This document shows positions 18,246 to 27,425 of a DNA stretch of 64,000 nucleotides, piece after piece. The notes under the pieces were generated by a model. That model saw only the letters and a list, made by a program, of their open reading frames with translations, did no database searches and had not been told where the DNA came from. The DNA comes from a virus (Duplodnaviria; Caudoviricetes): positions 1 to 64,000 of IMG/VR virus record IMGVR_UViG_3300020577_005315; one strand, 5' to 3'. A program made the position numbers and the translations under genes. Every line of letters begins with the position of its first letter. Within the stretch, counting starts at the first letter, position 1.

Positions 18246-18827
18246 ATGAGCACACCCAAGCCGGTTAACGCGTGTCGAGACGTGTGTCGGCAGGCGTTCG
18301 GCGTTGTCACTGTATTCTGTAAGCGTGGGGGAGGTAAGTCCGGCGTGACTTCGCATCTCCTCCACACGCGCCCGTCGGGCGAGAAGCGTACCCGCTTTAA
18401 CCCTCGCGAGGTCGACACGAGCGGTCTCGTCGATGACGACGGGCCGTTGTGGGGTTGGCCTAGCGGCGTCATTGACGTAGCGTCACTACGTTATGCGGGC
18501 TCCGAGTTCGCCCGACGGGTACGGCCGGACCTCGCGGTCCACGACGCTGACACGGCGCTACAGATCGCACGCGCCATGTCACCCCAGGAGCTCAATTCGC
18601 ACCTCTCGTGGTGTCACGACATCGACGCGGAGTGGGATGAGGCCGTCGTCCAGGCGTACCTCGACCGCCCCGACGTCGGGGCGTCCATCGACCGTGTGTG
18701 GGCCGAGAACGTCCGACTCTGGGACGAGGAGTCGGCGTACCTCGCGACGTTACCCGACCAGGAGGGGCCGGTGTGGTACGGCTTACCGGACTACCAAGAA
18801 CTGTTCGTTCCGGACGACGAGGGTTAA
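18246..18827 (+). CDS. DEEG-tag family protein (array 1, #2)
   Basis: Ends VWYGLPDYQELFVPDDEG*. Confidence 0.7.
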   Translation: MSTPKPVNACRDVCRQAFGVVTVFCKRGGGKSGVTSHLLHTRPSGEKRTRFNPREVDTSGLVDDDGPLWGWPSGVIDVASLRYAGSEFARRVRPDLAVHDADTALQIARAMSPQELNSHLSWCHDIDAEWDEAVVQAYLDRPDVGASIDRVWAENVRLWDEESAYLATLPDQEGPVWYGLPDYQELFVPDDEG

Positions 18828-18842
18828 CTGTTGGAGGCCGAC

Positions 18843-19064
18843 ATGATCCGTGCGTTGTTACGAGCGTCTCAAGACGTCAATGTCTATCTTGAGCGTGGCA
18901 TCAGGAGTATCCGGCTGAACGTCGGATCGCGCCTGAAGCGTCACGTCCTGGCCAAAGACGAAAGGTACCGCCTCGTCGGTAAGAAGCCGCTGAACGAGGA
19001 ACAGTTTATCACGTCGCTCCTCCCCAACGGGTTGTCACTGTTCGTCCCGGACGAGGAGGGCTAA
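18843..19064 (+). CDS. DEEG-tag family protein (array 1, #3)
   Basis: GGAGG SD and ATG 18843; ends LLPNGLSLFVPDEEG*. Confidence 0.7.
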   Translation: MIRALLRASQDVNVYLERGIRSIRLNVGSRLKRHVLAKDERYRLVGKKPLNEEQFITSLLPNGLSLFVPDEEG

Positions 19065-19086
19065 CCACGAGGTGAGGAGTACTACC

Positions 19087-19512
19087 ATGAGCACGCCGAT
19101 CGCCATGCACCGCGAACACCACGTGACGGTGTTCTTCCCGCGTACTGACACCGCCGACCGAACGTCCGGTGCGGTGGTGTCACGCGCGGTCAGCACCGCA
19201 ACGCACCCGACCGTGATCCGCGACCCGCCGCCTGTGCCGGCCGAGGTGAAGGCGGCGGTCAGGAATTCGCCGGCTTTACAGCTGCTGAGACACGAGCTCC
19301 GCAAGAAAAGTTCGCGCCGCAGACTCCCGAGAACCCGTGGTACGTTAGGCGTCTTGACGCCTAACGAAATCGCCCACGCCCGAACGCTGCTCGACCACGA
19401 TAGGGCGCACACGCTGCACCTGCACACGAAGCAGCTGTCTCAGGACTTCAAGGTCCTGTGGCAGAATCTGCCTAGGGCGCACTACCTGTTCGTCCCGGAC
19501 GAGGAAGGTTGA
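19087..19512 (+). CDS. DEEG-tag family protein (array 1, #4)
   Basis: GAGGAG SD and ATG 19087; ends LWQNLPRAHYLFVPDEEG*. Confidence 0.7.
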   Translation: MSTPIAMHREHHVTVFFPRTDTADRTSGAVVSRAVSTATHPTVIRDPPPVPAEVKAAVRNSPALQLLRHELRKKSSRRRLPRTRGTLGVLTPNEIAHARTLLDHDRAHTLHLHTKQLSQDFKVLWQNLPRAHYLFVPDEEG

Positions 19513-19537
19513 CCGACACTATTAACAGGGGAAAATT

Positions 19538-19870
19538 GTGCCTAACAACGCGCTCGAGGCCCTGAGAGCCCGGTGGAGGGGGTTTGTGACGGTCGCTCGT
19601 GGCGAGTTCATCGGTGGCGGACCCGAACCGACGTTTTTCATCGACGACAAACGTCGGCTCGAACAGATCCACGACCAGGCTAAGCGAATCGACGTCGGTA
19701 AGCCCGCGCTACGAGACTTCGACGGCAACTCACGTCTTGCCAACGTCTGGGCACGGCTGCCGGGTGGGTCGATTTTGTACGCACACATCAACCGCACCAG
19801 CGGTAAATTGCCGCGTGACGTGACGCGGCAGATGTGGCGCGAGCTGTTCGTGTTCGACGAAGAAGGCTGA
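19538..19870 (+). CDS. DEEG-tag family protein (array 1, #5)
   Basis: Contains VWARLP and ends MWRELFVFDEEG*. Confidence 0.7.
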   Translation: MPNNALEALRARWRGFVTVARGEFIGGGPEPTFFIDDKRRLEQIHDQAKRIDVGKPALRDFDGNSRLANVWARLPGGSILYAHINRTSGKLPRDVTRQMWRELFVFDEEG

Positions 19871-19899
19871 TCCTGTTCCTCTGACTTGAAAGGAAGACG

Positions 19900-20097
19900 A
19901 TGTCCAACGTCCGCCGCGTCCGCCTCGCGAAGTTCCTCAACCCGACGGCCGCCGACCTCAAGGTCGACCCGAAGCAGTACTGCCTGGGGCACCTGGACTA
20001 CTTGATCTGGCGCAAGGAGGCCAAGCTGGTCCACCGGGGCGCCAGGCAGTACGTGGAGTACAACTGCGTCCGGGAGCCCATCCGGACGCACCACTGA
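19900..20097 (+). CDS. Small hypothetical protein
   Basis: AAGGA SD; high GC3; followed by a terminator. Confidence 0.55.
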   Translation: MSNVRRVRLAKFLNPTAADLKVDPKQYCLGHLDYLIWRKEAKLVHRGARQYVEYNCVREPIRTHH

Positions 20098-20103
20098 CCG
20101 TCG

Positions 20104-20138
20104 AGCCCGGGGTGACCCCCGGGCTTTTTCTTAGCCGT
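20104..20138 (+). terminator. Rho-independent terminator
   Basis: GC-rich AGCCCGGGG/CCCCGGGCT stem, TTTT tract, then CTTAGCCGT. Confidence 0.85.
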
Positions 20139-20217
20139 CGGAAATCCTAAACACAACTAGTCAAGTTTAATGGGCATCAGTTAATCTACCCGACAACCAC
20201 CATTGGGGACACGAAAG

Positions 20218-22962
20218 ATGCCGTTCACTGTGACGTCCGCACTCACCGCCGTCGACCGCGCCGCCCAAATGGACCGGACGTTGCTCCTGCCCCTGCGGCC
20301 GGTGATCGTCGGCCCGCGGGCCGCACTGCACCGATACAGCGTCTCCAGCGAGAAGGCGTCTCTCGGGACGTACGACAAGCTCGCCGACCACACGTACACG
20401 TTTCCCAACCGGTCGTCCACGTCCGTCATCGACCAAACGACCGTACGTGTGTTTGGCGACCAGGTGTGGCTGAACTTCTTCAACAAGTACACCGGGGCTA
20501 ACGGCTCCTGCCAGTGTTCGTCCTCGTTCCCCAACCGGGTTCGAGCGGCCAACTACACGTTCAAGACAGGCAACGGCTCGACGCGCACTTCGGACTTTGG
20601 TGACCGCGACGTCAAGGTGGGCGACCTCGTCCAGATTCAGTACGGTGCGTCAATCCTGAACACGTCCGTCACCGGGTTCGTGGGGGAGACGGTTGCCGCT
20701 GTTACCAGTTCCGCCACCGCCGACTCGAACAACAAGGCGACGCAGACCAGTTCGGCGACCATCTCGCAGGTCTCTTCGACCCCGATCAACGAAGTCGTGG
20801 CCATCGCCACCGGCACGTCGTACGAGTCGTCCGCTGACGGTTATCTGACGCGCACTTACACGATCACCGTCACCCAGGCTTCGACCGGTAGCGACGCTAC
20901 CACGGCCCGACTCTCGGTGGTCAGCTCTGACGGGTTGGACAACGTCGCCAGCGTCACCCCTGCTGCCTTCGCCTCACCGACTACGATCGGTACGAAGGGG
21001 TTGACCGTTACGTTTTCTCTGGATAGCGGTCACGCTGGGGCGAGCGGTTCTGGTATCGACCAGGACGACTTCGTCGTGGGTCAGCAGTGGACGGTGACGG
21101 TGTCGCAGGCGTTTACCGCCCCGACCGCCACCGCCGCCGGCACCTACACTGGCACCAAGGACGACACGTACGTCGTAACCGTGACCCGTGGTGGGGCTTA
21201 TACCGACACCACGCCCCCGCAGATCACGGTGTCTACGACCAACGGCTCTGATCGATCTGGTCCGACCAGTATCACCGCCGCGTCGACCGCCTTCGCCGTC
21301 GGGTCGTATGGCGTGACAGTCGCTCTCAACCAGACCAAGCTACGTAAGGGCGACATTTACTACATCCCCGTTACGGCCGCCAGCCAGGGTGCGCTGAAGA
21401 CTCTCACCCTCAAGGACGACGTTCCGGCCGACATGCGTGGTGTTGAGGTTAATCTGCGGCTGTTTGCCCTCCGTAACGCGTTCGAGGTCGCTAAGCACAC
21501 CACGACCTGGTCGACGACCTCAACTGGTATCACCTTGAAGGCTGGTATCACCGTCACCGACTCTGAGTTTACGACGGGCGGGGTGCTGACGGCGTTGGTC
21601 CTCGAAACCGGGACGCTGTACGTTGATTATCGTGAGTGGATTACGACCAACACGGGGACTGTGGTGGAACTGACCAAGCGGGCAGACATTGTCGCCGCGT
21701 TGGGTCCGGTCGACCGCGCTAACCCGTTGGCCCAGGGTGTTGACTTCGCGTTGCAGAACACCGCGGGTGAGCTCGACGGCGACCCGTCACGCCCGGCCTC
21801 GACCACGACTGATATCGTGTACGCCGTCTCCGTGGGCGACCCGACGGTTACGTCCAACTGGACCAACGCGCTGCGTGGCCTGGAGGAGAACGATTACGCC
21901 TACACGATCGTTCCCCTGTCGTCCGACTCCGCCGTGCAGTCTGCTGTCGTCAGTCACGTGCTCGCCCAGAGTGCTGCGGACGTTGGATTCTACCGCCGGT
22001 GCTTCCTGGCTGGTCAGCTCACGGAGACGATCGGCGTCGTTACGGCCAGTACGACCTCCGACGCGTCGGCGGCGACTGCCACCGCCTCGGGAACGACCCT
22101 TACGACGTCGGCGAATTCGCAGCTCATCACGAACGGCGTGCGGGCCGGTGACGTGGTTCGTATCAACTTCGCTACTGACGCTGACGGCGTTGTGACTTAC
22201 TCAACGTTCGTCGTCGACTCGGTCCTGTCCCAGACGTCGCTGACGCTGACCACGTCCCCTGGCACGCTGTCTCCGGCCCGACAGTTCGAGGTGTGGCGGA
22301 CCCTTACGCCGACCGAGTTGGTGACCCAGCAGACCGCCCTGGCCGCGTCCCACGCTACGGCCGTCGGTCGCGTGTGTTACTTCCTCCCGGACCGGGCCAG
22401 CTTCGGCGGCACGAGCTACGACGGGTACTTCCTGGCGGCTGCGGTCGCCGGGCTCTCCGCCAGTGTTCCTAGCCATCAGAACTTGCGGAACGTCGGGGTG
22501 GTCGGGTTCGACGACCTGTCCCGCGTCGCCAAGCTGTTCAACGGCGGCCAGCAGAAGGACCTGAAGAACGGCGGGGTGTTCGTCGCCTCCCAGACGTCCG
22601 ACGGCACCGTCTACCTGCGTGGTACGGTCACCACCGACCTGACGCCGATCGGTCTGCGCGAAGAGATGATGGTCCGCAACCTGGACATGATCCGGAAGGC
22701 GATCCAGACGGCCTGGGCCCCGTACGTCGGCACCGGCAACTCGACCGGCAACCTGCGCCCGTCGCTCGAGGCCGCCCTCGCCCAGCTCGAAGCCAAGATG
22801 CGGAACACCGCCATCGCCGCGCTCGGTACGCCGGTCGGCTCGCTCCAGCTGACTGACCTGTCAACCGTCCCTGGCAGCCCGGATCAGGTCAGTGTTACAA
22901 TCGCCGTCAACGGTCAGGCTACCCCTCTGAACCTGATTCAACTCGTGCTAGACGCAGCGTAA
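20218..22962 (+). CDS. Contractile tail sheath protein
   Basis: About 914 aa, Thr-rich with inserted beta domains; C-terminal sheath-like 'YTIVPLS', 'YFLAAAVAGL', 'REEMMVRNLD'; precedes the tube-like gene. Confidence 0.75.
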   Translation: MPFTVTSALTAVDRAAQMDRTLLLPLRPVIVGPRAALHRYSVSSEKASLGTYDKLADHTYTFPNRSSTSVIDQTTVRVFGDQVWLNFFNKYTGANGSCQCSSSFPNRVRAANYTFKTGNGSTRTSDFGDRDVKVGDLVQIQYGASILNTSVTGFVGETVAAVTSSATADSNNKATQTSSATISQVSSTPINEVVAIATGTSYESSADGYLTRTYTITVTQASTGSDATTARLSVVSSDGLDNVASVTPAAFASPTTIGTKGLTVTFSLDSGHAGASGSGIDQDDFVVGQQWTVTVSQAFTAPTATAAGTYTGTKDDTYVVTVTRGGAYTDTTPPQITVSTTNGSDRSGPTSITAASTAFAVGSYGVTVALNQTKLRKGDIYYIPVTAASQGALKTLTLKDDVPADMRGVEVNLRLFALRNAFEVAKHTTTWSTTSTGITLKAGITVTDSEFTTGGVLTALVLETGTLYVDYREWITTNTGTVVELTKRADIVAALGPVDRANPLAQGVDFALQNTAGELDGDPSRPASTTTDIVYAVSVGDPTVTSNWTNALRGLEENDYAYTIVPLSSDSAVQSAVVSHVLAQSAADVGFYRRCFLAGQLTETIGVVTASTTSDASAATATASGTTLTTSANSQLITNGVRAGDVVRINFATDADGVVTYSTFVVDSVLSQTSLTLTTSPGTLSPARQFEVWRTLTPTELVTQQTALAASHATAVGRVCYFLPDRASFGGTSYDGYFLAAAVAGLSASVPSHQNLRNVGVVGFDDLSRVAKLFNGGQQKDLKNGGVFVASQTSDGTVYLRGTVTTDLTPIGLREEMMVRNLDMIRKAIQTAWAPYVGTGNSTGNLRPSLEAALAQLEAKMRNTAIAALGTPVGSLQLTDLSTVPGSPDQVSVTIAVNGQATPLNLIQLVLDAA

Positions 22963-22980
22963 GCGTCACGGAGACTACAG

Positions 22981-23583
22981 ATGAGTGACCTCTTCGGTCG
23001 TCAGAGCCAGGTTCTTGCGGGCGGGTTGAGCTCTGACGCCATGTTCATGTCCTGGCCCGCGCTCGCCAACGTGGCGGGTGCGGGGCTCGGGATGATGGTG
23101 CAGCAGCTCAGCGTCGACTATCGGCAGCCGATCCGTCGGGTGTACGAGATCGGGCCGGGTATCGTCCCTGGTATGCCTAACGCGGCGGTCTGCGACATTC
23201 CCGGCGCTCCGCTTCTACCCGGCGTTTGTGCGGCGCGGCAACAGCCGACGTACTACATCATCGGGCGTCCCGAGGGTCGTCTGCAGTTCGGCCGGTTCGT
23301 CGGCCCGCAGGTGCTCGGTACGTGCTTCTATCGTGCGTACGGTAGCGCGTGTGGTAGTAACGTCATCACCTTGTCCGGTCGGGCCGGGTGTAACGCCAGT
23401 AACGCTGCCAACAACCCGCTGATGACCTGGACGATGAACGGCGTCGTACTGGACCAGACCAGTATGCGCGTCGGCGGCCAGGAGATGGTGATCGAGGAGG
23501 ATATCGGCGCCATGTTCGCCGGGCTCGACATCAGGGTCAACGGCGCTGACGTGATCTGCGACGCGCAGCTGAACGGCTTCTAA
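22981..23583 (+). CDS. Tail tube protein
   Basis: 200 aa after the sheath gene; 'VQQLSVDYRQPIRRVYEIG' tube-like motif. Confidence 0.7.
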   Translation: MSDLFGRQSQVLAGGLSSDAMFMSWPALANVAGAGLGMMVQQLSVDYRQPIRRVYEIGPGIVPGMPNAAVCDIPGAPLLPGVCAARQQPTYYIIGRPEGRLQFGRFVGPQVLGTCFYRAYGSACGSNVITLSGRAGCNASNAANNPLMTWTMNGVVLDQTSMRVGGQEMVIEEDIGAMFAGLDIRVNGADVICDAQLNGF

Positions 23584-23608
23584 GCCGCAGTAGTAAAGGA
23601 CTGCCAAC

Positions 23609-26359
23609 GTGGACGACCTGGACCGCCGCGGGGTAGCGACCTCGCGGCGTTTAGAGCAGCAGCAGGCTGGGTCGCCGAATCCTGGAACCGCGTCTAGCGA
23701 TTCGTACATGAGCGGGTGGAGGGGTCAACTCGACCCCTCTGTCGCTACGCCCCAGACCGAAAGCGGCGTGATCATCGACTACGTCCCCGGCACGTACGCT
23801 TACCGCGTATCCGCTGGGGATCGTAGTACGTTGTGGTGCGGAGTCGGCGGCAGCGAGGGCGGGTTCGGCGCTACGGGCGTTAAACCTGTTACCACGTACC
23901 GTATCGGCGACAACATCAAGTTCGTCCGCGACCCGCAGACTCGTGGCGTCGGCATGATCATTGGCGTCGAGGGTTCCTGGATGAACCCCGACCCGGTCCA
24001 ACGGCCAGCCGACGGCGTCTGGCCGTTCGTTCGTAGCGGCCACGTCGATGCCGCCCACCAGTTCCCGATCATCTCGTCCCTAGACCTCGGTTCACACGGC
24101 ACGATCCCACTCGGCCACGTCGACATGGTGGATTTCTCCGCCGGCCGACCCATCGATTCGTGCTCGGGTCAGTGGGGCGTCATGGCGGAAACGGGCGTCG
24201 GCGTCATGGCCGACTCCGAACACGCATACATCCGCGCCAGTGAAGCAGCCGGTGTGTTCTGCTTCTACGGCGACGAGCTCACGCGTGTTGCGGGCCGTAA
24301 CTTCCAGACGTTCACGTCCCTGGAGGACACCGAGCAGTTAGATGACGAGGGCGAACTCTACGGGTACTCGGCGAAGACGGTCTACCCATTCGAGAACTAC
24401 GGTTTGTTCCGGTACAACCAGGTCACTCCGGTTGCGACAGCCCCGGCCGTAGAAAACGCCGGCTTGGCGCCGGGACAAGGTGTGGCGTTCAACAACCCCA
24501 TCTTCGTCCAAAACGGCTCCGGGTACGCGGTCCGCGAGCCAGAACAGTACAAGCAGATCACGGCCGCCCGCATCCACGACTGGTCCGGCTATCTGGGGCA
24601 GGGCGGCAAGACGCTTATCAGCGCCCCCGTACAACTGGATTGGGCGTACCCCGACATCGCCCCATTGACGGGTACGACGTCGGCCCGTTTGGTCTCGAGT
24701 GACAACGCGCCATTAGGCCGCGTTCTCGTCGACAACCTCGGGGCCGATCCCGAAACTACCGACTTCCGCGTTAACCCTAACCAGCGCAACGGCACACCAC
24801 TGCCGGGCGTGTTCACGGATAATAAGGAGCTCACCGGTGGCTGGACCGTCAGTTCGCAACGACACATTATCTTCAGTAAGCGTAGTGTTGCGCCCAAACC
24901 GCAGCCCGTACTACGTCCTGAAGACCCCTACGGGGATAACGCTGGTACCGGTTATTCTCCGAGCGGCATCCAGTTAGGGGATGAAACGAATCCGTCGTCC
25001 ATAACTCACAAGGTTAAGGGCGACTTCACGTACACGTTGGGTGCGCGGCACAGACAGTTACTACTGCCTGACGTCGTTGCCTACCTATTCAACTGGACCG
25101 CCCTTCACCCCTTCATCTACCACGCCCGAGACTGGACTGTGGCCGAGGAGGGCGCAGCGGGGTCCGACCTGGTCAACCAACTCAAGTACGACCTCCGTAC
25201 GCTGAAGACCGACCAGGATCTACCACTGCCAACGCCGAAGTACATGGACATCGATCACCGGTTCGGTAAGGTGCCGGTGTATCAGAACGAGTCGATTTTC
25301 GGTCTGCTGGACGACGGTAGTATCATCATCGAAGACGGCTTCGGGTCGTCCATCAAGATGGTCGGGGGGAACATCGAACTCCACGCCGCCGGAGACATTC
25401 GCTTCTTCTGCGGTAAAAACCTGGTCACTTGGGCCGGACACGATGTGTCCATGAAGGCCCACAACTCCGTAGATTTCGCCGCCGTCAACGGCACGCTTCG
25501 CACGTCCGCCCACCAGGACAGCCAGCACCTGGCCGGCAACTCCGGGTGCGGCGGGTTCGTGTTCGAGTCGAAAGCGATGGCTCCGTCGTTGGGCTATACA
25601 CGCGCCGGCGAGAAAGCCGTTGGGTCTGGATTCACGGTCCTCTGTCCAGACTCGGCCATTCAACTCATGGGGCAGGACACGATCGTCTCGTTGGCGCGTC
25701 CGTCCCTGGAGGGCCGTATCGTACTAGACGCGGGTGACGACAATGACGTCTACATTCAGTGCGGTAAACTGATCGACCGAGTCGCCACCTCTCACGTACA
25801 GCTGATCAACGGTGCCGTCAACGAGCACACGGGCACGTACTCACTATTCGGAACAACGGTCACGGTCAACGGCGCTGGTTTCGCTACGACGGGGTGGGGC
25901 ATTCAGGCCCCTGCCGCGAACATCACCGACCGCCTCACGTACTTGACGACGCAGTTCCGCCCGGCTGTACTCAACACCGTGTTCCAGCCGCCGGGGTGGG
26001 GTCATATCGAGTTCAGTCACCGTCTGGACTCCGAGTACTTGACGTCGAACTTCGTGTTCTGGAAGCCCAAGTGGCACTACCTACACTCCGGTACGGGTGA
26101 TAACGCGTTGCCCAAGTGGCAGGAGAACCGCATTTTCGGCCTGAGGAGTCACACCCTTACAGCCCCCCACCCCGGGCCGCGGTGGTTTGCTTCGCAAAAC
26201 CTAGCCTACGCCCAACCGACTCTGGTAGATACTACGAACGGGTGGATCGCTGTACCACGTAATGGTACGAGTCGGACCGCGTATGAAAATTACACACCCC
26301 CAACCGTGTCGTACACGTCCCTAAATACGGCGTACCCGGTGATCGTCGCTGCACGGTGA
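23609..26359 (+). CDS. VgrG/gp5-like baseplate spike protein
   Basis: N-terminal OB-like region; beta-helix-like 'DDGSIIIEDGFGSSIKMVGGNIELHAAGDIRFFCGKN' repeats. Confidence 0.55.
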   Translation: MDDLDRRGVATSRRLEQQQAGSPNPGTASSDSYMSGWRGQLDPSVATPQTESGVIIDYVPGTYAYRVSAGDRSTLWCGVGGSEGGFGATGVKPVTTYRIGDNIKFVRDPQTRGVGMIIGVEGSWMNPDPVQRPADGVWPFVRSGHVDAAHQFPIISSLDLGSHGTIPLGHVDMVDFSAGRPIDSCSGQWGVMAETGVGVMADSEHAYIRASEAAGVFCFYGDELTRVAGRNFQTFTSLEDTEQLDDEGELYGYSAKTVYPFENYGLFRYNQVTPVATAPAVENAGLAPGQGVAFNNPIFVQNGSGYAVREPEQYKQITAARIHDWSGYLGQGGKTLISAPVQLDWAYPDIAPLTGTTSARLVSSDNAPLGRVLVDNLGADPETTDFRVNPNQRNGTPLPGVFTDNKELTGGWTVSSQRHIIFSKRSVAPKPQPVLRPEDPYGDNAGTGYSPSGIQLGDETNPSSITHKVKGDFTYTLGARHRQLLLPDVVAYLFNWTALHPFIYHARDWTVAEEGAAGSDLVNQLKYDLRTLKTDQDLPLPTPKYMDIDHRFGKVPVYQNESIFGLLDDGSIIIEDGFGSSIKMVGGNIELHAAGDIRFFCGKNLVTWAGHDVSMKAHNSVDFAAVNGTLRTSAHQDSQHLAGNSGCGGFVFESKAMAPSLGYTRAGEKAVGSGFTVLCPDSAIQLMGQDTIVSLARPSLEGRIVLDAGDDNDVYIQCGKLIDRVATSHVQLINGAVNEHTGTYSLFGTTVTVNGAGFATTGWGIQAPAANITDRLTYLTTQFRPAVLNTVFQPPGWGHIEFSHRLDSEYLTSNFVFWKPKWHYLHSGTGDNALPKWQENRIFGLRSHTLTAPHPGPRWFASQNLAYAQPTLVDTTNGWIAVPRNGTSRTAYENYTPPTVSYTSLNTAYPVIVAAR

Positions 26360-26991
26360 CAGTAAGGAAGTTTATGTCCGAAGAGATTGAAGTCGACCTG
26401 GTCGCCACTGGTGGCCGGCTGAAGTTCTCCGAGCAGCCGCCCAAGCTGAAGGCAGAACCCGAGTCGGTCAAACGGGCTACGCCGGAGCCCGTCGCACAAT
26501 GTAAGCATTGCGGGCAGGACCCAAAGTCGGATCCGGTCACAATCGACTCACAGGACGTGATCGATTTCCAGCGGTCGGTGTGGAGCGGGAAGAAGTTCAC
26601 CAAGGAGTACAAGCTCTTTGGCGAGACCGCGGCCGTCACTTTCCGCGAACTGACCGTCAAGCAGCGTCAGGCGATCAAGAACAAGCTGATGGCCGAGGCG
26701 GCTACTTACGCTGGGACTCCAGCTGACGCGTTGGTCGTGTACGAGCGGGCCAACCTGTTCTGCCTGGCGTTGTCAGTCGCGGAGCTGCGATTGGGTGAAA
26801 CGATCACTCCGTTCTCGTCTGTAGAGAACGTGGACGAGGCGTTGGACAAGTTTACCAACGTCTGCGTCAGTGACCTGATCTACCAAGCCGTCTGGGACGT
26901 CTTCGCCAAGTTCCAGGACCTGCGGGACGTGATCGTCAAGAAGGCAGCCGACCCGTCTTTCTACACAGCAGTCAAGCCAGCTGGACAGTAA
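26356..26991 (+). CDS. Putative tail assembly chaperone
   Basis: Upstream of the tape measure gene; 'VTFRELT' motif; helical. Confidence 0.5.
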   Translation: MTVRKFMSEEIEVDLVATGGRLKFSEQPPKLKAEPESVKRATPEPVAQCKHCGQDPKSDPVTIDSQDVIDFQRSVWSGKKFTKEYKLFGETAAVTFRELTVKQRQAIKNKLMAEAATYAGTPADALVVYERANLFCLALSVAELRLGETITPFSSVENVDEALDKFTNVCVSDLIYQAVWDVFAKFQDLRDVIVKKAADPSFYTAVKPAGQ

Positions 26992-27050
26992 GCCGCCTGG
27001 CTGTCCAGGGGGAGCCGACTCTGCAGCCGGCCCCCGACTGTCCTGACTGC

Positions 27051-27389
27051 GTGAGAGACCAGCGACTGCTTTGGGCGTCTTGGGTCGGGTCGACGATGGA
27101 CCTGATAGCGACGCTGCGTTCACAGGCCAACTGTCCGCACGTCGACCCCAAGTCTGCCATTAAGATGCTCAAGCGTGCGAACAAGCTCGAGATGTACGGC
27201 AACGTCGACAACAGGGCCGACGACCAAGCGGCGGCCAAGGCGTGGGAGAAGCGGTTCGGTATGGCCCCCGACTCTGCCGAAGCGCAAGAAGCCGCCTACA
27301 AGGCCGTCGAAGCCATGCGTAGGAAAGAGCTCGAGGCGAAAGCCAAGCAGGAGCAGCGTCAGGCCCGTCACGGTAGGCGGAAGCGCTAA
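27051..27389 (+). CDS. Putative second chaperone ORF (possibly a -1 frameshift extension)
   Basis: In the -1 frame relative to the upstream ORF, open across its stop; weak start signals. Confidence 0.4.
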   Translation: MRDQRLLWASWVGSTMDLIATLRSQANCPHVDPKSAIKMLKRANKLEMYGNVDNRADDQAAAKAWEKRFGMAPDSAEAQEAAYKAVEAMRRKELEAKAKQEQRQARHGRRKR

Positions 27390-27425
27390 GACGTGGTAGA
27401 CTGAGCCGCCTAACCCGGAGAACAG

